A stretch of DNA of 64,000 nucleotides, taken from contig CAWJLW010000006.1 of assembly GCA_963843795.1 (NCBI GenBank), forward strand, positions 3,298,375 to 3,362,374, in the 5' to 3' direction. The notes under the pieces are model-generated. The model searched no databases. It was not told the origin of the DNA and saw nothing but the letters and a program-made list of their open reading frames with translations. This stretch comes from an uncultured bacterium. Its GTDB lineage: Bacteria; Armatimonadota; Abditibacteriia; Abditibacteriales; Abditibacteriaceae. Numbering within the stretch: position 1 is the first letter of the stretch; the number at the start of each line of letters is the position of its first letter. The position numbers and the translations under genes are program-made. Of the stretch, positions 9,437-19,681 are shown in pieces.

Positions 9437-10438
9437 ATGAAGAATCGCAGACATTTTTTGGGCGCAGTGGGCGCTGTGGCCGTTTTTGCAATCGCCGGTT
9501 GCGGCAGTAGCGGTAGTAACACGAATACGAGCGGCGAAAGCGCCGCATCGAGCGAGGCGCTCAAAAGCGTGACAGTTGGTTATTTGCCCAACATCGTAAT
9601 GCCTCAGCCCCTAGTTGGCTTACAGGACGGTTTATACGAGAAAAACGTGCCGAATGTGAAGTTCAGTGGCAAAGATTATCCGGCTGGGCCATCGGTAGTC
9701 GAAGCGTTGCGTTCGGGTGTCGTCGATATCGCTTACACCGGCCCGTATCCTCCGCTCAAAGGGTTCGCCAAAGATAAGGATATCGTTCTGCTCGCGGCTG
9801 CCGGTTCGGGCGGCACCGAACTGAGCGTAGCAAAAAATTCTTCCGTCAAAAGCGTGAAAGATTTGAAGGGCAAAACCGTCGGCGTCAACCAATTGGGTTC
9901 AACAGTTGATGCGATGGTGCGCCACGTTCTGATTGAAGCTGGTTTACAGCCGGGTAAAGACGTAAAAATTACGCCGGTTCCGCCCGCTGAACAAGGCGAC
10001 GCTTTGGCGCGTGGCACGGTCGCTGCAGTCGCCGCGCCTGCGCCATGGCCGATTGTCACCAACCAGAAAGGTGGCCGCGCGCTGCTCGATTGGAAAGCGA
10101 TTTTGGACGATGGCAAGTACTTGCAGGGCGTCGCCTTCACTACCAAGAAATTTGCCGCAGCGCATCCCGAATTCGTCAAGCAATTCGTCGCTGCACACCG
10201 CAAAATCACCGATGATTTGAACGCCGACCGCGCCAAAGCCGACAAGCAAATCGTGACGGCGTGGCAAAAAGTAACCGGCAAAAAGATGGAGCCAAGCGTT
10301 GCCGATGCCGCTTTCAAAACCATTCAGTTCGTCAACGATTCGAGTTTGGACGAGTGGAATCGCGTGCAAGATATCGCAGTCGAAACCGGAATTATGCGCA
10401 AAAAAGTCGCGCTAGATGGTTATTTATACGGACAATAA
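9437..10438 (+). CDS. SsuA-like (aliphatic sulfonate-type) ABC substrate-binding lipoprotein
   Basis: Lipobox IAGC; AGPSVVEALRSGVVDIAYTGP; SVKDLKGKTVG. Confidence 0.88.
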   Translation: MKNRRHFLGAVGAVAVFAIAGCGSSGSNTNTSGESAASSEALKSVTVGYLPNIVMPQPLVGLQDGLYEKNVPNVKFSGKDYPAGPSVVEALRSGVVDIAYTGPYPPLKGFAKDKDIVLLAAAGSGGTELSVAKNSSVKSVKDLKGKTVGVNQLGSTVDAMVRHVLIEAGLQPGKDVKITPVPPAEQGDALARGTVAAVAAPAPWPIVTNQKGGRALLDWKAILDDGKYLQGVAFTTKKFAAAHPEFVKQFVAAHRKITDDLNADRAKADKQIVTAWQKVTGKKMEPSVADAAFKTIQFVNDSSLDEWNRVQDIAVETGIMRKKVALDGYLYGQ

Positions 10439-10452
10439 TTAAAGACACCAAC

Positions 10453-11475
10453 ATGAACACTCGTCGCAAGTACTTGCAGAGCATTCTTGCTCTCACACTT
10501 TCCGCTGCAATTAGCGGCTGCGCTTCCAATTCGTCCGCGCCGGAAAGCAATTCCGCCGCTGTTGGCGACAGTTCCAGCAGCACTCCGCAAACGCTGACTA
10601 TCGGCTACAATCCAACAATTGTGCAGCCGCAAGCGCTGGTTGGCATTCAAGGTGGCGATTACAAAACTGCTCTGCCTGAGGTCACAATTGAAGGCCGAGA
10701 CTTCGATGCTGCGCCCGCTGTTTTGGAGCAACTGCGCGCGGGCACGATTCAAATCGGTTGCGGCGGCCCGTTTCCCGCGATGCGCGCGTTCGTCGGTGAT
10801 GGCGACATCGTTTTATTGTGCAACGCAGCCAACGGGGGCACACAATTATCGGTAAAAAGCGATTCGCCCATCAAAACTGTCGCCGATTTAAAGGGCAAAA
10901 TTATCGGCGTCAATCAATTGGGTTCAACTGTTGAAGCGATGGTGCGCTTTCAACTGGTGGAAGCGAAATTAAACCCGAGCAGCGATGTCAAGTTCGTCGA
11001 AATCAAGCCCGCCGAACAAGCCGCCGCCTTGAAAAGCGGCGATGTGCAGGCCGTCGCTGCGCCCGCGCCGTGGCCTTCGCAAGTGCAAGCCGATGGAACC
11101 GCGCGCGCCTTGGTCGATGGCAACGCGATGTATGAAGGCGGTAAGTATTCGAGCGCCGCGTTTTTCACCACGAAAAAATTCGCCGATGCCAATCCGCAGC
11201 TCATCGAAAAATTTATCGCCGCGACCGAAAAAATCACCGATGATTTGAACGGCGACCGCGCCAAAGCCGATGCCCGCGTGCTACAAAACTGGGCAATCGT
11301 GACCAAGAAAACTCTTAAACCCGAAATTGCCAAAGCCGCGTTTTCAACGATTACCTACGACACGAAGTTGGATCAAGCCGCACTGCAAAAGTTCGCCGAC
11401 ATCAATTTCAAACTCGGTGTGCTGCGCCAGAAACCTGATTTGAACGGTTTCATCTGGCAAGCCAAAGCGCAGTAA
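10453..11475 (+). CDS. Second SsuA-like substrate-binding lipoprotein (tandem paralog)
   Basis: Start MNTRRKYLQ; lipobox ISGC; shares GVNQLGSTV, AAPAPWP and TTKKFA with the upstream paralog. Confidence 0.88.
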   Translation: MNTRRKYLQSILALTLSAAISGCASNSSAPESNSAAVGDSSSSTPQTLTIGYNPTIVQPQALVGIQGGDYKTALPEVTIEGRDFDAAPAVLEQLRAGTIQIGCGGPFPAMRAFVGDGDIVLLCNAANGGTQLSVKSDSPIKTVADLKGKIIGVNQLGSTVEAMVRFQLVEAKLNPSSDVKFVEIKPAEQAAALKSGDVQAVAAPAPWPSQVQADGTARALVDGNAMYEGGKYSSAAFFTTKKFADANPQLIEKFIAATEKITDDLNGDRAKADARVLQNWAIVTKKTLKPEIAKAAFSTITYDTKLDQAALQKFADINFKLGVLRQKPDLNGFIWQAKAQ

Positions 11476-11494
11476 TTTCGCAATTTGAAAAGTC

Positions 11495-11526
11495 AAAGCC
11501 CGCTGCAAGTACTTGCAGCGGGCTTT
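11495..11526 (+). terminator. Palindrome-tipped intrinsic terminator
   Basis: aaagcccgc-TGCAAGTACTTGCA-gcgggcttt followed by further T's. Confidence 0.75.
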
Positions 11527-11611
11527 TTGTGCTTTGTGTGTTTCGCAAGTACTTGCGCGGGAACGGCATGCCCAAATTTTCGTGGTTGAAACAGCCAATT
11601 CCCATTTCTTA

Positions 11612-13639
11612 ATGACTATGAAAACTATTTCCCATTCTCGGCGCCGCATTCTCCTTAAAAGTGCGACGCTGGGCATCGCTGCCTTTTCGACTTTGCTTTC
11701 TCTGGAGAAAACTCTCATGCCCGCGTGGAGCGCCGAAGTGACGCAAACCATCAACGCGCCCGATTTTCCTGCCGGTTTCGCGTGGCACAATGTCGAAAAA
11801 CCTCTCAGCCTGCGCGCCTTGCGCGGTAAAGTTGTGCTGCTCGATTTCTGGACTTACGGTTGCATCAACTGCATTCACATTCTGCCAGACTTAAAAAAGT
11901 TAGAGCGCAAATATCCCAATAATCTGGTCGTTATCGGCGTACATTCGGCCAAATTCGCCAATGAAAGCGATAGCGCCAATATTCGCAACGCCTTGCTGCG
12001 CTACAACATTCAGCACCCGGTCGTGGTTGACCAGAATATGCGCCTGTGGAACGAATATACCGTGAATGCGTGGCCAAGTTTTGTTCTCATTGATCCAGCG
12101 GGGAAAGTCGTGGGTACTACCGCAGGCGAAGGTCAATACGACTTGCTGGATAAAACTATCGCGACCACGATTGATACGTTTCGCAAGCGTGGTGAACTGA
12201 ACGAAAAGCCGCTGCAACTGGCATTGGAAGCCGCCAAAGTTGCGCCGACGCCCCTGTGGTATCCCGGTAAAGTTCTGGCGCGCGAAGGTTACGTTTTCAT
12301 CGCCGATTCCAACCACAATCGTATCGTGATCGCGCGGCCCGATGGCCGGGTGGAAGCGGTCGCGGGCAGCGGCGTGATGGGAAATTCGGACGGCTCGTTC
12401 GCTGATGCGACGTTTTCTAATCCGCAAGGTTTGGCGCTCAAAAAAGCGACTAATGGCGATTTAACCTTATTTGTCGCCGACACCAACAATCACACAATTC
12501 GTGCGCTAGATTTGAAAAAAGGCACAGTTTCGACAATTGCGGGAACAGGTGAACAAGCGAGCTTTGGTGCGAAGGGTGGAAACGGAACCCAAGCGGCGCT
12601 GTCTTCACCGTGGGATTTGCAGTTGATTGGTGACACGCTTTATATTGCGATGGCCGGTCCACACCAGATTTGGGATTTGGATTTGAAAACTCGTGAGGTT
12701 GAAGTTTATGCGGGTTCGGGGCGCGAGGCGCGTATGGATGGGCCGCTGAAAAGCGCGGCGTTCGCGCAACCTTCGGGATTGGCGAGTGATGGCAAAAAAT
12801 TATGGATTGCCGACAGCGAAATTTCGGCGATCCGTCAGGTCGATTTGCCGAATATGGGCGGTGAAGTACGCACTTTGGCCGGAGGCGATTTGTTCGAATT
12901 TGGCGACCGCGATGGGCGCGGTGATAGCGTGCGTTTGCAGCATCCGCTGGGCGTCGCGTGGCAAAATGGCACACTGTATTTTGCCGACACCTACAACAAT
13001 AAGATTAAAACGCTCGATCCGAAAACCGGACAGGTGAAATCGTTTTTGGGTGGCGGCCGCGGCGATAAAGTCGATTCGGTAGCCCAATTTTATGAGCCGG
13101 GCGGCTTGTCGATTGATGACAACAAGTTGTATATCGCCGATACCAACAACAACAAAATCAAAATTGTCGATTTGGGGAATAAGAATACACGCGAATTAAT
13201 CCTCAAAGATTTGCCGCCGGTGCGCGCTGCCGAGCCGCAGCGTCCGGTACGGCCCGTTGATGAAGATGCCAACACGATCACGTTGCAAAAAGTGATTTTG
13301 AAGCCTAACAGCGCGGGTGAAGTTGTGTTCGATGTGCAGTTGCCGCCGCAGCATCACTTGAATGCAGAATCGCCGCAGCGCGTGCAGGCGCGCGTGGAAG
13401 GCACGGGTGCTAAGTTGTCGAGCGCGCTGGTTTCAGGCACAGATGTCAAGTTGCCGTTGCGATTGCCATTACAGGTGGGGGCGACTGGTGAAGGCAGCGT
13501 AGTCTTGTCGGCGTCGATTTATTATTGCACCGACGCAGCGGGCCTATGCAAATTCAAAACGCTGCGCTTTCGCGCGCCGTTTGAAGTGAGTGTGGATGGG
13601 GCCGACAATCTAAAAATTGGGGCGAAAATCGAGCAGTAA
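11612..13639 (+). CDS. Thioredoxin-like + NHL-repeat protein (NHLRC2/SOQ1-like), possibly Tat-exported
   Basis: LDFWTYGCINCIH; GVHSAKF; repeated IADSNHNRI/FADTYNNKI NHL blades; SRRRILL in the N-terminus. Confidence 0.9.
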   Translation: MTMKTISHSRRRILLKSATLGIAAFSTLLSLEKTLMPAWSAEVTQTINAPDFPAGFAWHNVEKPLSLRALRGKVVLLDFWTYGCINCIHILPDLKKLERKYPNNLVVIGVHSAKFANESDSANIRNALLRYNIQHPVVVDQNMRLWNEYTVNAWPSFVLIDPAGKVVGTTAGEGQYDLLDKTIATTIDTFRKRGELNEKPLQLALEAAKVAPTPLWYPGKVLAREGYVFIADSNHNRIVIARPDGRVEAVAGSGVMGNSDGSFADATFSNPQGLALKKATNGDLTLFVADTNNHTIRALDLKKGTVSTIAGTGEQASFGAKGGNGTQAALSSPWDLQLIGDTLYIAMAGPHQIWDLDLKTREVEVYAGSGREARMDGPLKSAAFAQPSGLASDGKKLWIADSEISAIRQVDLPNMGGEVRTLAGGDLFEFGDRDGRGDSVRLQHPLGVAWQNGTLYFADTYNNKIKTLDPKTGQVKSFLGGGRGDKVDSVAQFYEPGGLSIDDNKLYIADTNNNKIKIVDLGNKNTRELILKDLPPVRAAEPQRPVRPVDEDANTITLQKVILKPNSAGEVVFDVQLPPQHHLNAESPQRVQARVEGTGAKLSSALVSGTDVKLPLRLPLQVGATGEGSVVLSASIYYCTDAAGLCKFKTLRFRAPFEVSVDGADNLKIGAKIEQ

Positions 13640-13700
13640 AATCGAGTGTAGCGCGTGAGTTGTGAGCAAAGTGGAATCGGTTGAAACAGCAGGTTGAGCC

Positions 13701-13725
13701 GGAACGTGAAGCATGACAACGCGTT
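13701..13725 (+). promoter_or_regulatory. ECF-sigma-type promoter
   Basis: GGAAC-N16-CGTT upstream of the anti-sigma gene. Confidence 0.5.
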
Positions 13726-13771
13726 TAGCGACTGAGAATGTAAAGTCTTAACCAAGACTTTGTGAAGAATT

Positions 13772-14359
13772 ATGAAGGTGAGGAAAATGGAACGACGCGA
13801 AGCGTTGGAATTATTGCCGGAACTATCCGCCGATTGTCTGGATGAAAAGACGGCGGCAGCAGTGCGGCAGTGGGTCGATGAGTGCCCCGAATGTCAGATG
13901 GAATGGCGTTCGCTGCAAACGATGATGGAGACGCTCTCGACTTCGTCGCAGCCACTTTTGACGCCCGCGCAATCGCAGCGCATGTGGGCCAATTGTGCGG
14001 AAAAAATGTTCGACCGGGTGGAAACTGAGCGTTTGGCCCAGCAAAGCCCGTCGCTGTGGTCGTGGATGAAAATGCAGCCGCGCTGGGGCTGGGCGATGGT
14101 CGGTGGCGCAGTCGTTATGCTGGGTGCAGCGTGGATTGCCAATCCCGAAATCCCCGAAGCGACTTCGGGCGAAAACGCTCCAGCCTTAGTCGCCGAAATG
14201 AACAACGAGAACGATCCGGGCGAGCTGCGTGTCTTGAGCCGTCCGCCATCTTATGCAGCTTCGATGGTCGATCATCACGCGCAAATGGCGATTGATCCGT
14301 TCAGCGATCACGTCGGCAGTTCGCTGGTTTCCTACGCCGCGAGCGCGCCACAAAATTAA
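13772..14359 (+). CDS. Membrane anti-sigma factor (zf-HC2/RseA-like)
   Basis: N-terminal LLPELSADCLD...ECPECQ and a single transmembrane helix. Confidence 0.75.
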   Translation: MKVRKMERREALELLPELSADCLDEKTAAAVRQWVDECPECQMEWRSLQTMMETLSTSSQPLLTPAQSQRMWANCAEKMFDRVETERLAQQSPSLWSWMKMQPRWGWAMVGGAVVMLGAAWIANPEIPEATSGENAPALVAEMNNENDPGELRVLSRPPSYAASMVDHHAQMAIDPFSDHVGSSLVSYAASAPQN

Positions 14360-14432
14360 GACACTCAGGTGCTTGCAAGTACTCGCACCCGTCATTATAG
14401 CCTCGCAAGTACTTGCAAAGCATTGACCCGAT

Positions 14433-15515
14433 ATGAAATCGTCTTCTTCTCGTTATGGCCTCTTTGTCGTGGCGTCTCTGATTCTGGTAATGGCGGGCGT
14501 AGTGTGGAATTTGCGCGCCCAACGCGCGAATTTGGTGCGCGCACAGACCGCCAATCGTCACGAAACTCAACACGCAGTTTCTCTTCTTATCCGCGCTTTT
14601 CTAGCCGACACTCAACTGACTTATTCCGCGCTTTCGCAGACGACTGCTTTGTATGCGGGCAAAGAAATGAAAACGCAGGCGCTATTGACGCGCACGCCAC
14701 GCGCGATGGCAATTTCTTATCTCAACGGCGACCGTCAGGGTTTGCAAACTGGGTACAACGGTCGCTGGTTCTGGCGTTCAGCGCCCGGCAGCGGAATGCG
14801 CGCGCACGCCGAAGTAATGCAAGAAGCGCCCGCGATGATGGCACGCCGATTGTCGCTGATGCTGGACAATTATACCATCGAGTGGAAAAATAGCGGCATC
14901 GACGAAGGTCGTGCAGTCGAAATTTTGGAAATTCGCCCATCGCGCGATATTGATGGCGCGCGCGGCCCAGGCAAGATTCTGACTATCGACAGCGAAACCG
15001 GACTTACAGTTTCAACGCGCACTTTCGATTACAACTGGCAGATGGTGATGCAATCGAAGCTGAGCAAAATCGATTTTACGCCTACAATTACAGCCAAAAC
15101 TTTCGCGTCGCCCCAAGAAATGAGTCAGGCTGCCAAAACCAAGCCTTGGCTGGCGCAGGATATGGGACACAACGATGCAGAAGTTGCCCAGATGACTGGT
15201 TTTCAACCGCCCACGCCCACCTATGTGCCGCCCGGCTTCATGATGGACGGCGTCGGTGTGCATCGCTGCAACGAAAACGGCACCGGCCCGATGGCCGCTT
15301 TTACGCGCTACACCGATGGATTGAACGTGCTGACCGTTTTCGCCATGCCCGAACCCGAAGTGGATACCATGACCGCGCCTGAACAAATTTGCGATTTCGG
15401 ATCGGGAACCTTGATTTCAGCCAAAACGCCCAACGGTTACGCAATTGTCGTTTCCGATCTGCCGCCCGCGACCTTGCGGCGCGTAGTGGACAGCACGAAA
15501 GTTGTAATGAAATAA
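14433..15515 (+). CDS. MucB/RseB-like periplasmic regulator
   Basis: LolA-like N-terminal domain (GRAVEILEIRP...IDSETGL); C-terminal PTYVPPGF...YTDGLNVLTVF. Confidence 0.8.
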   Translation: MKSSSSRYGLFVVASLILVMAGVVWNLRAQRANLVRAQTANRHETQHAVSLLIRAFLADTQLTYSALSQTTALYAGKEMKTQALLTRTPRAMAISYLNGDRQGLQTGYNGRWFWRSAPGSGMRAHAEVMQEAPAMMARRLSLMLDNYTIEWKNSGIDEGRAVEILEIRPSRDIDGARGPGKILTIDSETGLTVSTRTFDYNWQMVMQSKLSKIDFTPTITAKTFASPQEMSQAAKTKPWLAQDMGHNDAEVAQMTGFQPPTPTYVPPGFMMDGVGVHRCNENGTGPMAAFTRYTDGLNVLTVFAMPEPEVDTMTAPEQICDFGSGTLISAKTPNGYAIVVSDLPPATLRRVVDSTKVVMK

Positions 15516-15574
15516 AGTCCGCCAAAGCGTCCTGCAAGTACTTGCAGGACGCTTTCTCACACCAAATTTGCGTT

Positions 15575-16027
15575 ATGGAATGCGTTGAAATCTGCAAGCC
15601 TTTCGATTCACTGACCAATCGAGAATTGTATGCCATTCTACGATTGCGAAGCGAAATTTTCGTGGTCGAACAGAACTGCATTTTTCTGGACTTGGATAAC
15701 GTGGATCAGTTCTGTCAGCACTTGATGATAATGCAGAACCAAGAATTGATGGCTTACGCCAGGCTCGTCCCGCCAAATCTGACTTTTGAATATGCGGCGA
15801 TAGGCCGCGTGGCCAGCAGTCGCTCTGCCAGAGGCAAGGGATTTGGCAAACGAATTTTACAAGTGTCGATTGAAAATTGTATCAGGCTTTATGGCAACCA
15901 TTCTATTAAAATCGGCGCGCAACTTTATTTGAAAAATTTTTACGAATCTTTTGGATTTGCAGTTGCGGGCGATGTTTACGACGAAGATGGAATCGACCAT
16001 ATACAAATGATCAGGCCGCCAAAGTAA
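15575..16027 (+). CDS. elaA: ElaA-family GNAT acetyltransferase
   Basis: LYAILRLRSEIFVVEQNC...IGRV...GAQLYLKNFYESFGF...EDGIDHIQM. Confidence 0.9.
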   Translation: MECVEICKPFDSLTNRELYAILRLRSEIFVVEQNCIFLDLDNVDQFCQHLMIMQNQELMAYARLVPPNLTFEYAAIGRVASSRSARGKGFGKRILQVSIENCIRLYGNHSIKIGAQLYLKNFYESFGFAVAGDVYDEDGIDHIQMIRPPK

Positions 16028-16051
16028 AATGAGAGCAACTAAAGCGAACCG

Positions 16052-16078
16052 AGCCGCACAGAAAAAGTCTGTGCGGCT
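16052..16078 (+). terminator. Hairpin terminator without the motif
   Basis: agccgcacaga-aaaag-tctgtgcggct followed by T's. Confidence 0.6.
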
Positions 16079-16103
16079 TTAACGGTAGTGCGTGGAGAAT
16101 CTT

Positions 16104-17282
16104 ATGAAAAAGCAACGATATTTAATTGCGCCCGTGGTGGCGATTTGCTGCGTGGCAAGTACTTGTTGGAGTTCTGCGCCCGCGCTCGCAGCCAAATCAG
16201 ATAAAGATGAAATTCCCAAAGGCGCAACGCCGCGCGAGATTTCGATGGGCGATAAGGCTCAGAAAGAATTAGAAAAAAGTCCTGAAATTAAATTGCTCGA
16301 CCTGAAAGACGCCAAAGCCAAAGTGCTGTCTGACAAAGTCAATGGAATGGTGCGCGAACTGGGCAAAAATTCGACGCGGCCCGACATCAAATATCAAGTC
16401 AAAATCGTCGATGGTGATGACTTGAATGCTTTTACACTTCCCAACGGTAAAATTTATCTATTTCGCGGTTTAATTGATTTCGCGGGCAGCGATGATGAAA
16501 TCGCCGCCGTTTTATCTCACGAAATTGGTCACAACGCGCGGATGCACGCGCTGCGTGGACAGGCCAAAGCCAATAAATTATCGTGGGTCGGTTTGGCGGC
16601 GATGGCGGCGATGCTGACCGGCGGCAAATCGGGCGCGGATGTCGGCCAGTTTTCGCAGTATTTGCTGATGGGCATCATGAATGGCTATACCGAAGAATAC
16701 GAAAAAGAAGCTGACGAAGAAGCCATCACACAGATGGAAAAAACCCGGTGGAATCCTTCGGCTCTAGTCACGTTTATGAATCGTCTCAATCAGGAAGAAA
16801 AACGTCGCCCTGAATGGGAACCAGGCATTTTTCGCACGCATCCACCTACCGCCGAGCGTGCCGATGCCGCGATTGCAGAACTCAAGCGTGAACATATTCC
16901 CTACACGCCGCGCGACGTGCAGGGCGCGAATGAGGCGCACAGCGAAGTGCCCGAAGCCAAAGATCGCGTGCAATTGTTGTTCGGCAAAACCGTGTTGCTC
17001 GAACTAAGCGCGAATGAAAAAACTCTGCCACAAGTGCAAGCGCGCGCCGATGCTGTCGCCACGCAAATTAACAGCTTGATGAAAGCGAATTTATTGATGC
17101 ACGAAATCACTGTCGCGGGCGATGCGAAACGCGCACAAATCAACGCGCGCGGCCTGACGCTCATCGAAATCACGCCCGCTGATACCACGCTGCAAAAGCA
17201 GACGCCGCTCGAAGTCGCGACAACAGCGCGCGATAAATTCCGCCGCATCTTCTGGCGTGAAACTCTAAGCGGCGGAATGTAG
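16104..17282 (+). CDS. M48 family Zn metallopeptidase (BepA/Oma1-like), secreted
   Basis: NAFTLPNG, HEIGH, EKEAD, THP. Confidence 0.9.
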   Translation: MKKQRYLIAPVVAICCVASTCWSSAPALAAKSDKDEIPKGATPREISMGDKAQKELEKSPEIKLLDLKDAKAKVLSDKVNGMVRELGKNSTRPDIKYQVKIVDGDDLNAFTLPNGKIYLFRGLIDFAGSDDEIAAVLSHEIGHNARMHALRGQAKANKLSWVGLAAMAAMLTGGKSGADVGQFSQYLLMGIMNGYTEEYEKEADEEAITQMEKTRWNPSALVTFMNRLNQEEKRRPEWEPGIFRTHPPTAERADAAIAELKREHIPYTPRDVQGANEAHSEVPEAKDRVQLLFGKTVLLELSANEKTLPQVQARADAVATQINSLMKANLLMHEITVAGDAKRAQINARGLTLIEITPADTTLQKQTPLEVATTARDKFRRIFWRETLSGGM

Positions 17283-17351
17283 AAAATTATGGAATTAAAA
17301 TAACGCCCTGCAAGTACTTGCAGGGCGTTTTCTTTTGTCAAACTGCGCTGT

Positions 17352-18212
17352 ATGATTTCCTCGCACACGCGCACACTCGCTATCATTGGCGACCCAATCG
17401 AACATTCCATCACGCCGCGCATTCAAAACCACGCTCTCTCTGCAATCAACGCCGACATCGTCAACGTCGCGTTTCGCGTCGCGCCTGAAAACTTGCACGA
17501 AGCGGTTCGTGGCGCGCAAAAATTGGGCTTTTTGGGTTTGATGGTGACGATTCCGCACAAAGAGCGCGTGCTGGAATTGTGCGACGAGTTGGACGAATCG
17601 GCACGCTTGATGGGTGCGGCCAACCTGCTGCATTTTCGTTCGGATGGCAAAATTATCGGCTATTCGTCCGATGGTTGGGCGGCTTTGAAAAGCCTAGCCG
17701 AAGAAGGCGCAACGATTGAAAACCAAAGAGTGGCGATTCTGGGCGGAGGCGGCGCGGCGCGTTCTCTGGCGCTCACGTTCGCCGCTGCGGGCGCGCAAGA
17801 AATCGTTGTCTTGAATCGAACTCTCGAACGCGCACAAACGATTTGCGACGAATTGATCGAGCGCAATTTCAAGACGCGCGCGCTGCCTTTGAATCCAGAA
17901 ACCTGCCGCGAAACCATGCCAAACATCGACGTTTTGGTGAACACAACTTCGGTCGGCATGAGTCCAGAAATCAAAGCCTCGCCCATCGATGCGCAAGTAC
18001 TTGCACCGCATCTGACGGTTTACGACATCGTTTATAATCCTCTCGAAACGCGCTTGCTGCGCGAAGCCAAAAGCGCGGGCGCGCGTGTTGTCGATGGTTT
18101 GGGAATGCTGATTTACACCAATGTTTTCGCTGTCAAAACCTGCGCCAATTTGGAAATCTCCGCAACGTTGATGCGCGAAGAATCGTTGCAGGCGTTGGGC
18201 GAAAAAAGTTAA
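17352..18212 (+). CDS. aroE: Shikimate dehydrogenase
   Basis: GDPIEHSITP, VTIPHKE, LGGGGAARS, NTTSVGM, YDIVYNP, DGLGML. Confidence 0.93.
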   Translation: MISSHTRTLAIIGDPIEHSITPRIQNHALSAINADIVNVAFRVAPENLHEAVRGAQKLGFLGLMVTIPHKERVLELCDELDESARLMGAANLLHFRSDGKIIGYSSDGWAALKSLAEEGATIENQRVAILGGGGAARSLALTFAAAGAQEIVVLNRTLERAQTICDELIERNFKTRALPLNPETCRETMPNIDVLVNTTSVGMSPEIKASPIDAQVLAPHLTVYDIVYNPLETRLLREAKSAGARVVDGLGMLIYTNVFAVKTCANLEISATLMREESLQALGEKS

Positions 18213-18506
18213 TTGGCACACAGAAACAATTGCATAGCAGTTTACGACCGCACTTCCAAACTGGATAATTTCAAGCAAATTGCTTCGGTGCAAGATATTC
18301 TGCTCGTCAAACCGCAGTTCGTGCGCGTCGAACTTTTTCACCGTTTGGGCGATGAACAGTGGCTGCATCGCGTTTACAATACGCTTGAAACCACGATAGT
18401 TTTAAATCCGATTGGTTGCAATTTGCTACTCAGCGAAATTTATCAAACCATCGACTTGCCCGACCAAACGCCTCTGCGCGATGCAAGCGAAGAAATGCAC
18501 GAGTGA
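18213..18506 (+). pseudogene. N-terminally truncated Uma2-family endonuclease remnant
   Basis: YDRTSKLDNFKQIASVQDILLV...RVELFHR...IGCNLLLSEIY resembles the C-terminal half of Uma2; no proper start. Confidence 0.6.
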
Positions 18507-18569
18507 ACTAACAACCAAAAAGCGCACTGCAAGTAACTGCAGTGCGCTTTTTAAATTTTTCGCTTCGAT

Positions 18570-19586
18570 TTAAACATGGGCAACGCCGTTCATCGGCGCG
18601 GCTTCTTTAGGCGCTTCGTCTTCGGCGAAGGCGTCGTCATGGATTGGCGCAGCTTCTTTCATACGGAAGTTGCAAGCAGGTTTGCCATCAACGGTTTGCG
18701 CGCAAATCCAGCCGCTGCCCGATTTGCCTTTTACATAACGCGCGGGCAAGCCGCAATCGCATTGGGGCGCGTCTTCATCATCGTAAAACGCATCGTCCAC
18801 GTCTTCGACCGGCGCCGCGACTGGCTTTTCGGCACGCGCGGTTTTCTTTTCCGCTTTTTCAGCGCGTGCGGGCTTTTCGGCGTCTTCAACTTTGCCGCCA
18901 TCCGAAAGCCACGCGGTCAATTTTTGCGCGATTTCTTTGCCCGCTTTGGGAATCACTGCGCCCGAAACCGCCGGACAGCGCGTTTTGCCGACAATCAGGT
19001 TATTGTCCTGATCCAAATCGGCGACCACGTCGAATTCGTATTCCAATCCGTCGCGCTGCACCGGAGCCAGACCAACTTTGCGAACCGTGACGCGACCTGT
19101 CTTTTCGTTCTTTTCCTGCACATAATCGGTCTTAGCGCGCATCGTCGTGATGATGTGCATGCGCGCGTTGATGATGCCATCGACCAATGCATTGTGCATC
19201 GGCGTCACATCGCGCCACGCGCCGAACGTGTTGCCGCTTTGCGAACGTTTGGCGATGCGATCGACTTGATCTAAAGCACCGCCTTTACCCGTCCAAGCGT
19301 GCGAAAGCGAGTCGATAATCAAAACTTCATAGCCAGCTTCTTCCGCTGCGTTAATCGCATCGACGTAATTTTGCGGCGAGAAGGTTTCCAGTTCCAACAC
19401 GTCGAAATCGAACATATCGGAATATTTGGAGGCGCTGCCTCGTTCGGTATCGATGACGGCCACACGACCGCCCAAATTGGTGGCGATATTCAGCGCCGTA
19501 TAGGTTTTGCCCGCGCCCGCCACGCCAATCAAGGCCAAGCGCAAGCGCGCCGATTTTTTGGTTGCTCTTTGGAATGTCAAACTCAT
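18570..19586 (-). CDS. AAA_24/Sak4-like ATPase with a C-terminal GRF-like zinc finger
   Basis: GVAGAGKT, VIDTERGS, IIDSLSHAW, GLEYEFD; CDCGLPA...WIC...ACNF; GAGGAGG Shine-Dalgarno. Confidence 0.85.
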   Translation of the reverse strand: MSLTFQRATKKSARLRLALIGVAGAGKTYTALNIATNLGGRVAVIDTERGSASKYSDMFDFDVLELETFSPQNYVDAINAAEEAGYEVLIIDSLSHAWTGKGGALDQVDRIAKRSQSGNTFGAWRDVTPMHNALVDGIINARMHIITTMRAKTDYVQEKNEKTGRVTVRKVGLAPVQRDGLEYEFDVVADLDQDNNLIVGKTRCPAVSGAVIPKAGKEIAQKLTAWLSDGGKVEDAEKPARAEKAEKKTARAEKPVAAPVEDVDDAFYDDEDAPQCDCGLPARYVKGKSGSGWICAQTVDGKPACNFRMKEAAPIHDDAFAEDEAPKEAAPMNGVAHV

Positions 19587-19681
19587 CGTGTCCTCCTCGT
19601 CGCGCCCGTGATGAACGCCCGTTTCAATTTTTGTAGTTCGTTGGCTCACCGCAAGTACTTGCGAGGCGTGTGATGTGGATT

